NCBI GenBank assembly: GCA_973851085.1
Contig: OZ316776.1
Location: forward strand, 6,014,001-6,078,000
From: Ptychomitrium polyphyllum
Taxonomy: Eukaryota
Length of the DNA: 64,000 bases
Reading direction: 5' to 3'
Positions 1 to 13,614 of the stretch are shown here, in pieces (the first letter of the stretch is position 1; each line of letters begins with the position of its first letter). The notes under the pieces are model-generated. The model saw only the letters and a program-made list of their open reading frames with translations, ran no database searches and was not told where the DNA came from. The position numbers and the translations under genes are program-made.

Positions 1-2137
1 GCTTGAGTTCTCTCAATAACTTACAATCAAAGTTTTTGAGCCTGTGACCCTGTAATGTGAGGGAGATAATACTCAGTATCACAAATGACATGTGATATTG
101 AAGTGGCTTGACTTGTATCTTACCAACAAAAAGACAAGTTCCATGTGTCAAATTAAACCTCCGTTAAAAAAACTCACGCGTCTCCTTACCTCATCCACAA
201 CAATGTACTTCCACTTATACTTGGCCAATAACTTCCGATCGTTCATGACTACCTCAAAAGAGGTGATAATCACTGGGAAAGATTCTTTTGGTACACCAAG
301 AGGCATATGCTGCCTTCGTAGTTTCTCACGACCTGCTTTTCCATCCGATGAATGATATAGCAGAACATTCATTGTTGGCACAAATCTGCAGTCACGATTA
401 AGAACATGCCAAAGAATATTAAAATCTACTCATGAAGATCAGTAATAACAGGAGCACCTTAGTGATCAAAACACGGTAAGCAGCAGAAGATAATCCCAAT
501 AGGAAAATATAAAAAGATACCTTTTAATTTCATTGACCCAATTGGAGAGAGTCGAGAGTGGTGCCACAATCAGGAACGGGCCATGCATCCTGTTGGCTTT
601 CAAGTGAGAAAGCAGACCAATTGTTTGTACAGTTTTTCCCAAACCCATCTGATCAGCCAAAATTCCATTGAGGCCGTTCTGCCACAACGAAATCATCCAC
701 TTTATACCTTTCAATTGATAACCTTTTAACCTCCCTCCAGTGAGAAGGGGACAGATCTCCTGCTGCTCCTTGAAATTTCGCTCCTCCTCTGTCATAAATT
801 TTATCTCCTCCATTACTATCTCTTCCTCAGCTTCTGCTGCTTCTACTTTAGCAAGTTGAGCATTCATAGCATCCTTCGCTTCCTTGGCTTTTGTAGCCTG
901 TCAATAGTACCAACAAAGACCACCTTATTTTCCAGAAACTAACAATACCCATTGTGAACATAAACACAGAATACCTTGTTTTCCGACGCTGTTAAGTACA
1001 AAGAAAGTGATAGCACAGTGGCTCACCTTCTTAGCAGCCACTCCCTTCCGACTACCCACTCCTTTCTTTTTTGTGTCTTTGATATCCGTCTTGTCATCTT
1101 GCTCTTCAGCGCTTTTTTCAGCAGAAGCCTGCAACGTCATTAGGGTAAAATCCAAGTGAACAATTTCATTTTTATATGATCGTTCTAAACGTAGAAGGGA
1201 TGTATGAAGTGGAACATAATTACCGATGATGCTCCCCCCTGTCCGGAACCTTTGACATAGTAACTCAACATCAAAGGGCCACTAAGACCCACCATTGCAA
1301 TGTCGTCCATTCTTTCAAGGAGAAACTGCGAGTAAATCTTCGTTTGATTGAGAAGCTGGTCCAGCTTGCTGAAATGAGAATCATCCATGTTAGGTGTCGC
1401 CTTCAGCAAAGCTTCTGCCTCGGCAGCTTCTTCTAGGGCTCGGTTCTCCGCCAGACGCTTCTCTTCCTCCAGCATTTTCTCTGTAATAATTGGGTCATCA
1501 CTTGCTACCGACACTCCCTGAAACGACAGTGACAAATCAGGCCCCCAGTCCGTGTTCTACCAAGCTTTCGCGTGTCATTAAAAACATTAGCCTACTGCAT
1601 TTCAAAATTCTCGACACTGCTTTCATTTTGAACTACTGTCAAACCCCAGAAGTTTAGAACAGTGAGAGTCAACAACCTCATCAGAGAGCACTGAAATGGG
1701 CGACTCGGCGTGCACTTTTTCCTTCGCGGAAACATCGAGAACATTGGGTTTGCCATCAGTGACATCGTTCTCCTCCTGTAACACAAAAAGCAAGCATTAC
1801 AATATTTCTAGGTCTGCAAATGTGGGGTAGGGGGATGAAAGTGTTGGCCGAATAACACATCTGCAGCCCGACATTAGGGTTAAGCCATGTACGAGATAGC
1901 CCTTGCCACATTCTGTACAAAACATATAAACTCCTCTTAAATTGAAACAAGCTCACGAGTACTCCTCGGAAACTCCAAACCACCGCATGGCATAATGGTT
2001 ACGAAACAACAACCATCGCTTACTTTAATCATAAGCGGAACAGCAGCCGTGCCCTCCTCGACATTGGCATTCTTCCGCGGCCTCCCCCTTTTCCTCGGCG
2101 GTTCGCCATTCTCAACAGCACTCTTCCGCTTCCACAT
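1..2137 (-). CDS. DDM1: DDM1/LSH-family SNF2 chromatin remodelling ATPase, 5' part; runs off the window start
   Basis: In-frame GT-AG exons 2137-2024, 1775-1677, 1517-~1293 and onward. Motifs: ESPISVLSDE, FSKLDQLLNQTKIYSQFLLERMDDI, LKGYQLKGIKWMISLWQNGLNGILADQMGLGKT (Walker A), IVVDE|GHRLKN (DExH). These match the plant DDM1 N-terminal and ATPase motifs. Confidence 0.93.
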
Positions 2138-5100
2138 CGCTCACGCTCCAACAAATTCAAAAAGCAACTCCTCAAAGAAACCAACCGTGCAGCTACACCG
2201 CCGTTCCTCTCCAATTCCTCAACACCCACCACTCATACCTCCAAACCCACCTGTTCCATACACAATGAACAGAACCACCGTAACGCAACAGATCAAACCA
2301 CTCAACAGATCACCATCCCCGTCCACACGCACCACTACCACCCCAAAACACACAACACCAGAAAACCATCACAACAAACACCCTTTTCCTCAAACCCCCC
2401 ACAACGATGCCCCTCCCCTCCCTGACCTAACCCAAAAAAAGCCAGACACTCCAAGCCCCTTCAAGAAAAAGCCCCAGTTGTTTGAAAATCACTCCTCTAC
2501 ATACATAAAACAAACTCCAAATGACGCCCAAATCCCCAAGAAGAAGACTAACTCTGACCTAAAGACCGGTGTAAATCAAGAGCTCTTTGAGAACTCAACG
2601 GTGCTACAAAATAGGCAGTGCTCCTGAATAGATCACCGAGCGTTAAATAGTGCATGCTACCGTGAGAAGCTACTGTCGAAGCTATTATAAACACAAAGAA
2701 TGAGTGCATCCGCTCTGCTCTGTGTAGGATGAAAGAAGTGACAGCAACCCCCTTCCCAAGAGGAATGTAATGCAGGTCGGTCGAGAGAAGAAATCACACC
2801 AGTGCAGCCAAGGAATAAGGCGTCCTACCCTCACGACTCTGCACTGCCCTGCCCTGCCCTGCCCTACCCTGCAATGCGATGCAGAGAGAATGGCAGGCGA
2901 CGCAGCGCAGCAATGGCGACGAGGACACCAGCAATGGTCGTTCGCAGACACGGCGTGCGATTGAAAGCAGGCGCGAGAAACAAGTGCCAACGTCCCTTAC
3001 GAGTGTTCGCGCCCCAGCTGAGTTGGCGCTGCGGATTGCCTGAGGTGGACTGCGCTTGTGCTGAGGTGGACTAGGGCTTGGCGGAGGTGCATGCGTGATG
3101 CTACTGGTCGATCCCCAGGGGTTCGAAGAGCGCCGGCTTGGCTTTGGTATGGTGCCTTTCATTAGTGTTTCTCTCGCTGTTCCGGCCTGGTTGAGTTTTT
3201 TTAACATTTTTTAGGGGCTGCACGAGGACTAGAGCGCCGCTGAATTGGCATTGCGTTGTCGTGTCAAGCCTTATTACTAGGGAGTCGTACAGTTGGGTCT
3301 TGACTCCTCTCACGGTAGACGGTCGCCGTAGAGCATAAGATTTGGAGCCTCTCCACTTGCATTGAGCGTTTATTTGGTGCAATGAAGGGAAAACAACCGC
3401 ACACTGATGCCGAAAACTAGGATTCTTTTGGTGGTAGCTTAGCGAATTCACCCTTTTGTGACCCAGCTGTCCATAGTACTAAGTGAGTTACCAACTCTTA
3501 ACAAGTAAGGCCGCTATCACATCAAAATGTGATAGCATGGTATGCAGATTTCTGTAAAAGTAAAAGTAAATTTATTAGTGCAGATGGACAGCACATGACT
3601 ATAAGGTTGTTTTGTACTACATACAGAAACCCAAAAAGGAACATTCCTATGAAATAATAATAATCATGTCAACAATAAAAGAAAAGCACAGTTCATTAAG
3701 TTATATGAATTTCAACCGTATTTATTTTGATGTACATTTAATTAGCAAAATTAGACAGCTAAATAAAATTAAGATAATTTAAAGAATTTTTTTTTAAAAA
3801 AAAAATTCTCCTTCAACTTTGTATAAAGAGATTTTTAAAAATAAAATAACTTTATATTTAAATTTTACAAATTAAGAAAAATATAATACAATATTTGTTA
3901 TCTTGTATTTAAAAATAAAATTTCTATTTAATATTTCATACATTCCTCAATAATATTAGTCTTTCCACGATGATGTAAAAAAAGGCCACATTTTAGCACA
4001 TTCCAAAAATGAAGCAAGCATGAATTCAAAAGTGGAATAAAAGAACATTTTTTTTTATTTTGGTCCTTTTTTAGAACCAAGGTTTTTTTTTGTAGAAGAA
4101 GATGGTATTTTTGAATTAAAATGCATGTAAAAAATCTAAAACTAATTTCTTTTGTACATTAAATATTTAATTAACTTTGGATTTAAAAAACCCATAAGTA
4201 AATTTGTGCAATCAAAGGGCCTCCAAAAATTGGAGACTTAAAAAAAAATGATATTAATAATAATGATGAAGGTATCTAAGTAAAGAAGGTTTTGCAAAAG
4301 CTTTGTTTATATAAAGATGTAGGCATTGTCAAGAGTAAAATAGAATGGGTGTATTAAATAGTGTTGTCATAGAGCCATAGACTAAAGGCTTGTTTAATGC
4401 TTGTCAATAGCCATCCTTGATGTAATTAGACAAAATGTAATAACAAATCTAATGTACCAAAAAAACATACAATAAGTTCATATAACAATCATATTGACTA
4501 AATGCTGATAACTTTAGCTTTAGAATTGCATTCCTAAGACAAGCAAATTTTTGACCAATCAACACAAATTTCACTATACAAGATGACTCTTCTCATTTGC
4601 CAATGCATGTAATCATCTCTCTTAATATATTTCATGTAATCAAGAAGAGACTAAAAAATGTAAATGGAATAGATGAAGAATATAATATTAGTAGCAACAT
4701 TGAAAATAATGCCATTTAAAGAATGCAAGTCACCTACAATAGACAATGGGATGTAGGATAATGACTTAGGCGTGCACCTCAAAGCAAGCCAATTAGTGTT
4801 GATGAAGATGACTTGGTCTTGAGTCCAAATAATTTTTTAGCAAAACTTGGTGCACTAAATAGTCAAGAGTTTGTAATTTTAAGGAAAATTCTAATTTTGG
4901 TACAAATACTACCAGCTAATAAAATTTGATAGCCTATTATAGACAACACTTGAGAGAATGTGGTTTAGAAGAGGTTTTAAGCTTTGCCCAAGCATTGTTG
5001 ACCAAATGCCAATATGGAATTGCAAATGCAATATATTTAATAATTTTTTAATTCTAAGATGCTTCATTGTATTTGTATATGGATTTTTACAACCAGTGGA

Positions 5101-5829
5101 GATATGGAGATATTGATGATAGAAAAAACCTCTAATGTTGAGGGTGATGCATTTTTTAATTGGATGTGCTAGAGTAAAGTAACATTGGAAATTAAAAGTT
5201 GAACCTTGAGAAATAGTTTTTTTAGAAAGTAATTTAGAATAAGGCTATAGATGGGAAGTCAAGGGCAACAAGACTAAAGAATAGGATTGGGATGGAGAGG
5301 TAGTAGTAATTAAGACAAAAAGACATATATGTGTATAACAAGGAAAAATGCCAAAAAAATAGAACAACAACATAATGGTAATGAATCATTTTGATAAGCG
5401 GATAAGTATTGAATTCAAAAGTAGAGAATTTTATTTACATTCTAATGTTCTTGTATACAATACAAAATTTGCCAATCTATATCATATGATTTGTAAAAAG
5501 ATGAATTAAAATGGCTGATATTGTTATTAATGGGTAGTCAATACTATAAATGTGCAGGCTTGGGGTAGTAAATGCTATTAAGTGCTTTGCAAGAATGACA
5601 AAGAAGGTCCTACCATTATCTAATAAATGGAATTTTAAATCCAATCTGATCAAAGGCCATAACTTTTTGATAGTGTGAAGCTCAACATTATAAGGCATAA
5701 GGCAATAATTGCAACTTTGTAATTGGTAGCACGATATAATGGTACCTTTGACTCCTTCAACACCACTAGAAATGGAACCAAATTCCAATGAGGAAGGGTT
5801 CTTTGACTCCACTAGTTCTTTTCTAAAGC

Positions 5830-6290
5830 CTTAGTTCAGGAAAGTGGATGAATAACACTTAAAAAATTGTTCTCAATATTTTTGTATGGAGTGTCATTAA
5901 TAACAAGTGTATTTTCCATTGTTGCACCAAATGCATACAAACCATCATGATGTAAGATTAAGCAATCAAGCCTCTTGATAAAGTACATTTTTTTTGGATT
6001 AAATGGATCCCTTTAGGTGTAGGTATCAATTCAACATTGATAAAAACATAAAATGTTTAAAAAAAAAACCATGGCCATGGCTAAGATTAGTTTGCTAAAG
6101 CTTTTTAATGTTGGGCTCAACACAATAAAATCAAATTATAGTAAAAAACCTTGCTTATATATAAAATTTCAAAAACTTTCATAGACTTAGCTTAAAGTAA
6201 ATATAATCTTGAGCATGTTTATCCATATTTTGCTTGGCTACTTTGTGAAATAAGAATGTGCCATTCAAGTCAAGAATAAAAAAATACTTG
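5830..6290 (-). pseudogene. Decayed FCP1/NIF-like HAD phosphatase-homology frame
   Basis: Manual translation gives KYFFILDLNGTFLFH (~6290-6247, HAD motif I-like) and KMYFIKRLD...ATMENTLVINDTPYKNIENNFLSVIHP (~5990-5840, like the NTLLIDDSPYK motif). The sequence between them is disrupted. Confidence 0.55.
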
Positions 6291-9098
6291 GATTGCTCTA
6301 CTTGGATTTGTTGCAAAGTAATTTGGTTGTTTGAAGCAATATCCTACTACGCTCTATCATTCATGTCATCTTCCAATGAAATAGAATCTTTAGCCTTGTC
6401 AGGGATGTTGGAAGTAGTCTAATTGATGCCAATTGAATATTGAAGGATTCAATCTTGCAAAGGTTCATCTAAAACATGTACAAAGACAACTAAAGGTAAA
6501 AATAGGGCATAGTAAAAGGTGGTATTAACAAGTAGTCAAGAGAATGTGTGCTAATGGCTAGCCGCTAATAGATAGTAGATTCACTAATTATTCCAACTTG
6601 AAAAAGAACTAGAAATTTGGACCTACAAAGATAATTATAATAAATTAGGATAATACTTCATTAAATATTCAACGTGGTGAATAGCTTGGTTAAAGTCAAT
6701 TAAGTGGTCTAGTTTATTAATTCTTATGAGTTATAATCTAACCTTGCCCACAATGTTTTGTCTTTTTCAATTCCTAGGCATTGCACGATGAAAAAGGTGA
6801 AAGTGGTGTATTATGGATGTCCTTCAAAGGTAATGGTAGATCTTCTTCCTTGGCCTCTAAGGACTCCATTATATGCTTCCTAGACAATTGCAATAACTAC
6901 TTCCAACAACGTTCTAATTTAATGAAGACAACTTGGTTGTCTTATAAGTTGCATGCTTTGAAGTGGTTTTTTGGCTTGGTTTGCTCATCAACTTTGTGCT
7001 TTTGCGTACAAGAAGGCTCATGAATTTCAGCACGTCTTCTTATTAGCTAGCCACTGATACGGTTCCCTATATTGATGTATTGAACAACAAAAATAACTAA
7101 AGCTCTCTACTCACTCTTATAAATTGGAAGAGGCAATCTAGAAAGTTGAGTCTCTATTGGTGGCAATTCCTTAATGATTTGCAAAACCTACTTGAACCAT
7201 GGGGTGTCTATCAAATTATCCACCATCAATGCAACTAGGTTAGAGTCTATTTTCAAAGCAACAAGGAAAACAACATCAATAGAAGGATGGAAATCATAAA
7301 GATTTTTGCATCAAAGTTGGGCTATAAGATCCTCCGTTCCAATTGGTACAATTGTAGCTTAATTATTTTGAACCAGATTTTGTTGAATGTTGCTTAGGCT
7401 ACTTGTGGATGGAGATGATGATAGCCGCATATAGGAAAGTTAACTTAAAGACAAGTTGGCTGACATGTCCTTCAAATTAAAATCTCTCTCTAGCATCATG
7501 GCTAGTCTTTTACTTTAGCCTACAAGATTTTGAGCCAGCAACATATCCATTTGTGCGGTTTTCTAAAGACAAATTAGATATACATGTTCTTCCTCACTTT
7601 CATTGTTGTTTCTATACTGAGCCTATTGATTGACAATCAATAGTTTTTTATTTTTAAGCATTTCTTATATTGGAGGTAGCAGCTGAATCATGAAGCCAAT
7701 ATTTTTGGTGGTCAACATAATACCAACCTTGGTTATGTAAGCTCCAAAAATATCACTTTTGAAATTCATATTACTTGCTTGCTTGTATGCCTTAGCAACA
7801 TCGTTTGCATTTTGCACAACTTTGATAAATTAATTGTTCAACATCTGCAAATTGGAACATTATAAGCTACTTAGTTTGTGCCCGTATCAACAAGGTAATT
7901 TACAATATGCAAGTAATGTATTCCTTGATGGCGGCCAAGTACAAGGAGTGTAATAGTAGAATTGCAAATTTACTAGGCCATTGTTTGTAATGTTGTTGCC
8001 TCTTTATATGTTGACAAGTAAACATTGGCGCTTTTTAAGGACTGGCGTTACAAGATTCTCTAAGATATGGTTGTTTATATTGCAAGCCTTAGCATTTCAA
8101 TCAATTCACCATTAAAGTATTTTTGGATGGGATCTAATGGCTTTTCAATATTGATAAATTTTACAAACACCATCTAGATATCATCCTTAGTTTTGGACTT
8201 TGAATACATCAAAATTAGCGTCACTACCAAGAAACTATAGAATAAAAAAAATTGAAATCCAACAAGCATTGGAGCATCATAGTTGAGGTTGATTGCCTTT
8301 CAAAAAGCCCAACAAGAAAGTGCCACTCGGTTGACTAAATTACAAAGATTGTGTGTATTAATGAATAACATTGGCATTGGTTTGTCTACATAGCTCTCCT
8401 CAACATTTTAATTGGCATTGTCACTTTTGAAAGTAGGCATGTATTTGGCAAGAGCTTGAATGGCTTGGATATCCGGCCTAATGAAGACCACAAGAACACC
8501 AACTCCAAAAAAGATGAAGAAAATTAGCAATCTTGGCATGTCATCTAACTTGGACATAATATTCAAGTTAGTTTCAAGCAACAATCTGTTTACTTTGGCC
8601 ATGGTTTCTGCATGCAGAGCTTCAAACATGACATTGCTATTATTTGTGTGAACTTTGCAATGGTATTGTAAAAAATGGAAGGCTTTAATTTGTTTTTGTA
8701 GGATTCATTGTATCAATATGCTCCTCCAACCATGCATCCTCATTCAAAAATCATTTTTCAACATTCTAGATGTTGCAGATGATGGTCTGCAACCAATTGT
8801 ACTTGGCCGCAAAATCATGGTAACAACCATGGTAACAAGGTATATGTCCACTATTTAATGTTTTTTAGCCAAAAAATTCTAATTTTTACTATCTCATCTA
8901 ATTGTTATGTACTTTGTACTTTAAAAAAACCATTGGTTGAATAGACCAAGAATTTTTTTTCTATTCTATTTCAAAATTATTTCTTTGAAGTTCTCCTGTA
9001 TGAAAAGTCATACTACATATACTCCAATCTGAATTTACTAAACTATGTAATTTTTGCACCTCCTTTGCCTCGGCCTCTCAACTGTGCCCCTTCTAAGA

Positions 9099-9342
9099 AA
9101 ATTTTTCTAACAGCTTAATAATTTTGCCAAGGATAACAAAATTGATTAGTTACGGCCTTGTGTTTATAATTCACAACCAAACAAGTATTTAAAGGAATTT
9201 GCCTTGGCTTCTTGATTATAAATTTTTCTAACAGCTTAATAATTTTGCTAAGGATAACAAAAATTGATTAGTTACGGCCTTGTGTTTTACAATTCACAAC
9301 CAAACAAGTATTTAAAGGAATTTGACTTGGCTTCTTGATTAT
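9099..9342. repeat. Near-perfect tandem duplication, 2 x ~121 bp
   Basis: aaatttttctaacagcttaataattttg...ggcttcttgattat occurs starting at 9099 and again at 9220, with few differences. Confidence 0.9.
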
Positions 9343-9588
9343 AAATCACACTCATGAAGATATAGACACTATTGCATTGTAAATAAATACATGAATTATC
9401 AAATATAAAAAAAAAGTGTATAAAAGTGTGGATTTGCAATAAAAAATAAGATAAAAAAAAATTAGTTCAGATAAAAGAATTGGGTTTGTGGTGATAACTA
9501 CATTTAAGAATATCTTGGATGAACCACATCTTGTCACACTTTAGGGGAATAAAGGATTGATTAGCTACTCAACTTTCTTGCCTGTTAC

Positions 9589-9637
9589 TTTCACAAGTAG
9601 TTCCAAGTCAGAACATTTCACAAGTAGTTCCAAGTCA
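9589..9637. repeat. 22-bp direct repeat
   Basis: tttcacaagtagttccaagtca at 9589-9610 and 9616-9637. Confidence 0.85.
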
Positions 9638-10679
9638 TTCAACACAATCAATAAAAATCGAACCTGGACCAGCTCAAGCGGCTTGAACTTATCTAACTAA
9701 CTAAGTTTGTGACATGGTGTTTTGATTATGTAGAAATGATAGATTTTAATTTCTTTGTCTTAAATTCTAATGAGATTTATTTCTTACTTAAATTTTTTCT
9801 TTCCTTACCTTTAGTGTTCCTTTGAATTTACAAATTATTTAGATTATTAAAGTAAAGAAATGGAAGATATAGTAAAGAAATAGGTAGTTATTTAGCAAAA
9901 ATAATTTAAAAAAATTAAAATGAAGAGTGAAGTGTAATGTTAAGGTTCTTAGGTGGAAGAATATGGGCTAATGCGGAGTAATAAAGAGGTGAACTTTGAC
10001 TTTTGACCTCTTTTCTCTCCTCTCTTTTGGAATCTCTTTTCCTTGGCATATAGCAAACCATTTCTTTGCTATTTTCAGGTAGTATATTTATAGTTTAGCT
10101 TTGAAATTTTAAGAGGTTGTTTTCTTTTTTATGGACTTTCTAAAAAATTATCATATGCTCCAAAAAGAATTATTATGATGATGTGGCATATATTTGAATA
10201 AAAAAGAGCCAGCTGCCTTGGAATAATAGGAGTAATAGTTTTAAAATATTATAGCATAATACATGTAAGATGAAAAATGTTTGAATGAAGAATTTGTATC
10301 TTAATTTGTTTCCAACAAAAAAATGTAGAGCATCAATGTTGAGAAGGTCCAAGATCCATGGTAGTAAAGAACTTGAAATTCATGAGCGTGGATTTCAACG
10401 AGGTTTGAAGTTTTGAAAGAAAATTTTGTAAATAAAGCTTTGACAACTTCATTAAAGTGTTGTTAGAATCTTGTAGTCATAACGCTTCTAGAATAGGAAT
10501 TATAAAGGATTATGTGAGAGGTGATTAAAAGATTGAATATGGCAAAATGTGGAGGTTGGACTTTATAACTTTTAAATATTGATAAATGAAGTTGTATGAA
10601 GAATTGTCTTTTCAAACCTTGCACTTGACTACCTAGATGTGAAAAAATCCTATATTTTTTTTTTAAAAATTATCTCAAC

Positions 10680-11080
10680 ACGACAAAGTACACTTTAATT
10701 ATTTGTCAAAATACTCCAAAGAGAAAAACACATATGTATTTATTGACCTTATGAAGATTTTTATGGATTCTCAAAAGACCAAGGTTTTTATTGCGGAGTT
10801 TGTCTAAAATGTTGTTGATTTTAGAGATTATATAAAGGATTTCTACCTTAAACAAATTAACAAGATTGTTGGTCTTAAAAACATGCATTTCTTTAAATTC
10901 TATATTGAAGATGATGAAGATAATTGAAGATGGCCGGTCATGTGCTACAAAGAGCAAATCATAGGTTTTGTGGCTCCTTCTTGGATTATTAGTGAAAATG
11001 TGGCCATCAGATTAAGAACAAAAACTGTCTCTTTATAATGGTGATCCAAAATCTATTTCTTTTATATAGTTAGAGGCACT
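10680..11080 (+). pseudogene. Decayed transposase-like coding relic, interrupted by the LTR insertion
   Basis: The plus frame reads roughly NTYVFIDLMKIFMDSQKTKVFIAEFV*NVVDFRDYIKDF...LVGLKNMHFFKFYIEDDEDN*RWPVMCYK, with stops, and appears to continue at 12236-12370. It resembles the C-terminal part of DUF7869-type transposase-like proteins from memory only. Confidence 0.4.
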
Positions 11081-11085
11081 ACTAT

Positions 11086-12230
11086 TGTCGCGCACCTCTC
11101 CTTGAGGAATGCCCGCAACACTAAGGGCACAAGGGAGACCTTGGAGTGACGTCCAGGACTTGTGGCGCTGATAGTGAAGGGAACCGAGTGGGCCTAGTGT
11201 GGGAAGGACTCATAGGGGGAGAAACATCCTTGCCCATGTAGATCGAGGGCCACAAGGGATAAATCATGGGCATTGGAAGAATCACAAAGAGCTGATTCTA
11301 GAATGCTAAAGATTGCTCAAATCGGACAAGGGAACTAAAAGTTATGGCATCCCAAAGTTGGGGTTGCCAAGGGGCTGTTTTGGACGATGGCAGCCCTACA
11401 CAGTGACTGTACTAGAGTGGGACAGTCTAGGGAGGGACTCCTCGGGAGTCCCAAACCTTAGGAGAGGTGTATCTCCCAAAATACTAACTCAAATTGGACG
11501 TTTGAGGAGTCTATTAACATCTACGCAAGCAGTAGATAACGATAGAGTGGTTGCTTAATACATTCGGGCATTGGATGAGGAAGATATGGCTCCTTGAAGG
11601 TCCTCTGGGAGTCTTGGAGGCTTCCAGCGGCTAAGTCCCAAGGAAGATCGGGTGGGCTTCCAAAACTTTAGATGTGTCGGAGTTCAGCCAGCTACAGTGG
11701 GCCAGGGGGCTTGCCAAATCCCATAGAGAGTACTATAAGGGAGGGCTGGTCCCCCTCCCCACTCCCCTAGTGTCCCGGTAGAGACTAAGGATGAGTCATG
11801 GTTGGTGGAGCTAGTGTTGGAGCTTCACCACGGGGACTCCCACACCATTGTGAGCCGGAAGATGGCTGGTTTCAAGGAGGGAACTAGCACGTTTAAAAGG
11901 GTACGCTTGTTACCACTAAGTTGGGGTGGTATCTTCACGCTGGCACCATGATGGCCCGGGGTGATCTTAGGATCACATGGGCATCATGAGTGGTGGTGAG
12001 AAAACACCACTAAGTGCGGTTAGGCCGTGTGAAATGGGAGTAACACCAAGTTAGGCCTTGGACATGAATGGAAGTCCGCACCTAACCATTGGCTACCAAT
12101 CAATTGGGTGTCCTAAAAGAAATAGTAGAAAAACTTGGAAAGTGAGAATGGAAATTAACCATGTGCATGTGGGGGTGTATAGGGTTGACGCGCGTGACGT
12201 TCGCTAAGGTGCATTACAAGGATTGCAACA
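11086..12230. mobile_element. Solo LTR (1145 bp) with perfect 5-bp target-site duplication
   Basis: Begins TGTCGCG and ends TGCAACA (TG...CA, imperfect terminal inverted repeat). Flanked by ACTAT at 11081-11085 and 12231-12235. Colinear along its length with 12455-13614. Confidence 0.85.
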
Positions 12231-12454
12231 ACTATTGTCAATACTAGCAAAAAAATTATTCAAAAAAAAATTGATAGTGCTAGAAAAAGCCTTAAAAAAT
12301 AATACTTCATCAAAAATGGTATTGCAAAATACATCAATTGGTAGAGAGTTGGTATGTCCTACAATAAGAAGCTCTTTAATAATATGTTTGCATATGTTGT
12401 GTATTAAGAGCGCATTTAGAAAGAGACCACTGTTCTTTAGTTTGATACCTCTAT

Positions 12455-13614
12455 TGTTGTGCACCTCTCTCTGAGGAGTGTCTGCAACACTAGGAGCATA
12501 AGAGGGCCCCGGAGTGATGTTCAGGACTTGTGGCGCCAATGATATGGTGACTTAAGTAGGCCTAGTGTGGAAAAAGACCCTGAAAGGAAAGAACATCCTT
12601 GCCTATAAAGACTAAGAGCCACGAGGAAGAAGTCATAGGCATTGGATGCCTTACAATTGATTTTATAATGCTAAGGATCATTCAAATTGGACAAGGGAGT
12701 TAGAAGTTATAAAATTTCAAAGTTGGAACTACTGAGGAGCTATTCTGGACTATGACACATCTAGACTGTGACTGTGCTGGGCTGGAATAGTGCAAGGAAG
12801 AACTCCCCGGGAGTCCCGAATCTTAAGGGAGGCATATCTCCATAATAACTAACTCAAATTGAACGTTTGAGGAATCTATCGACATCTACACAAAGATTAA
12901 TGACAATAGCATGGCCGTTTAATAGACTTGGAGACTAGACGTGGAGGATATGGAACCCTGAAGGTTTGCAAGAAGTTTTGGAGACTTCCAACGGTTAAGT
13001 CCCAAGGAGGATTGGGTGGTCTTTCAAAGTTTTGGCTGTGTTGAGGTTCGGCCAGCTACAGAGGAACAGGGAACCTGCCAAATCCCACAGAGAGTACTAT
13101 AAGGAGGGTTGGTCTCCTTCCCCACTTCCATATTGTCTTAGTAATAATTAAAGGTGAGTCTTGGTGGGTAGAGCTATTGTTGGGGCTTCACTATGGGGAC
13201 TCCAATACCATTGTGAGTTGGTGGAGGGCCGGTTTTACAAAAGGAGCTAGTGAGTTCTAAAATGTGTGCAGGTTGTCATTATGTTGGGGTGGTGTCTTCA
13301 CGCCAACACCATGGTGCCTTGGAGTGATCATAAGATCACATGGAGATCATGAGTGGTGGTGAGGAGACACTACTAAGTGCAGGTAGGCCATGTGAAATGG
13401 GAGTAACATTAAGTGAGGCCTTGAACATGAATGGAAGTCTGCACCTAACTAGTGGCTACCAACCAATTGGGTGTCTTAAAAGAAATGAGTAGGAAGAATT
13501 GGAAACCAAGCTTAAGGCTTGGAGAGTAGAAATGGAGGTTAACCATGTATATGTGAGGGTGTATAGGGCTGGCATGTATGATATTTATTAAGGTGCATTG
13601 AAAAGATTGCAACA
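12455..13614. mobile_element. Second solo LTR (1160 bp) of the same family, same orientation
   Basis: Begins TGTTGTG and ends TGCAACA. Flanks TCTAT and TCCAC differ by two C/T transitions, consistent with a decayed TSD. Many substitutions relative to copy 1. Confidence 0.8.

Noticed and set aside
1995..2627. 210-aa plus-strand ORF rich in P, T and H
   Set aside because: It is antisense to DDM1 exon 1 and its GT-rich leader/intron. Low complexity, no domain.
11086..13614. One intact LTR retrotransposon or TRIM with two LTRs
   Set aside because: Copy 1 has its own TSD, the outer flanks (ACTAT/TCCAC) do not match, and I see no PBS or PPT in the spacer.
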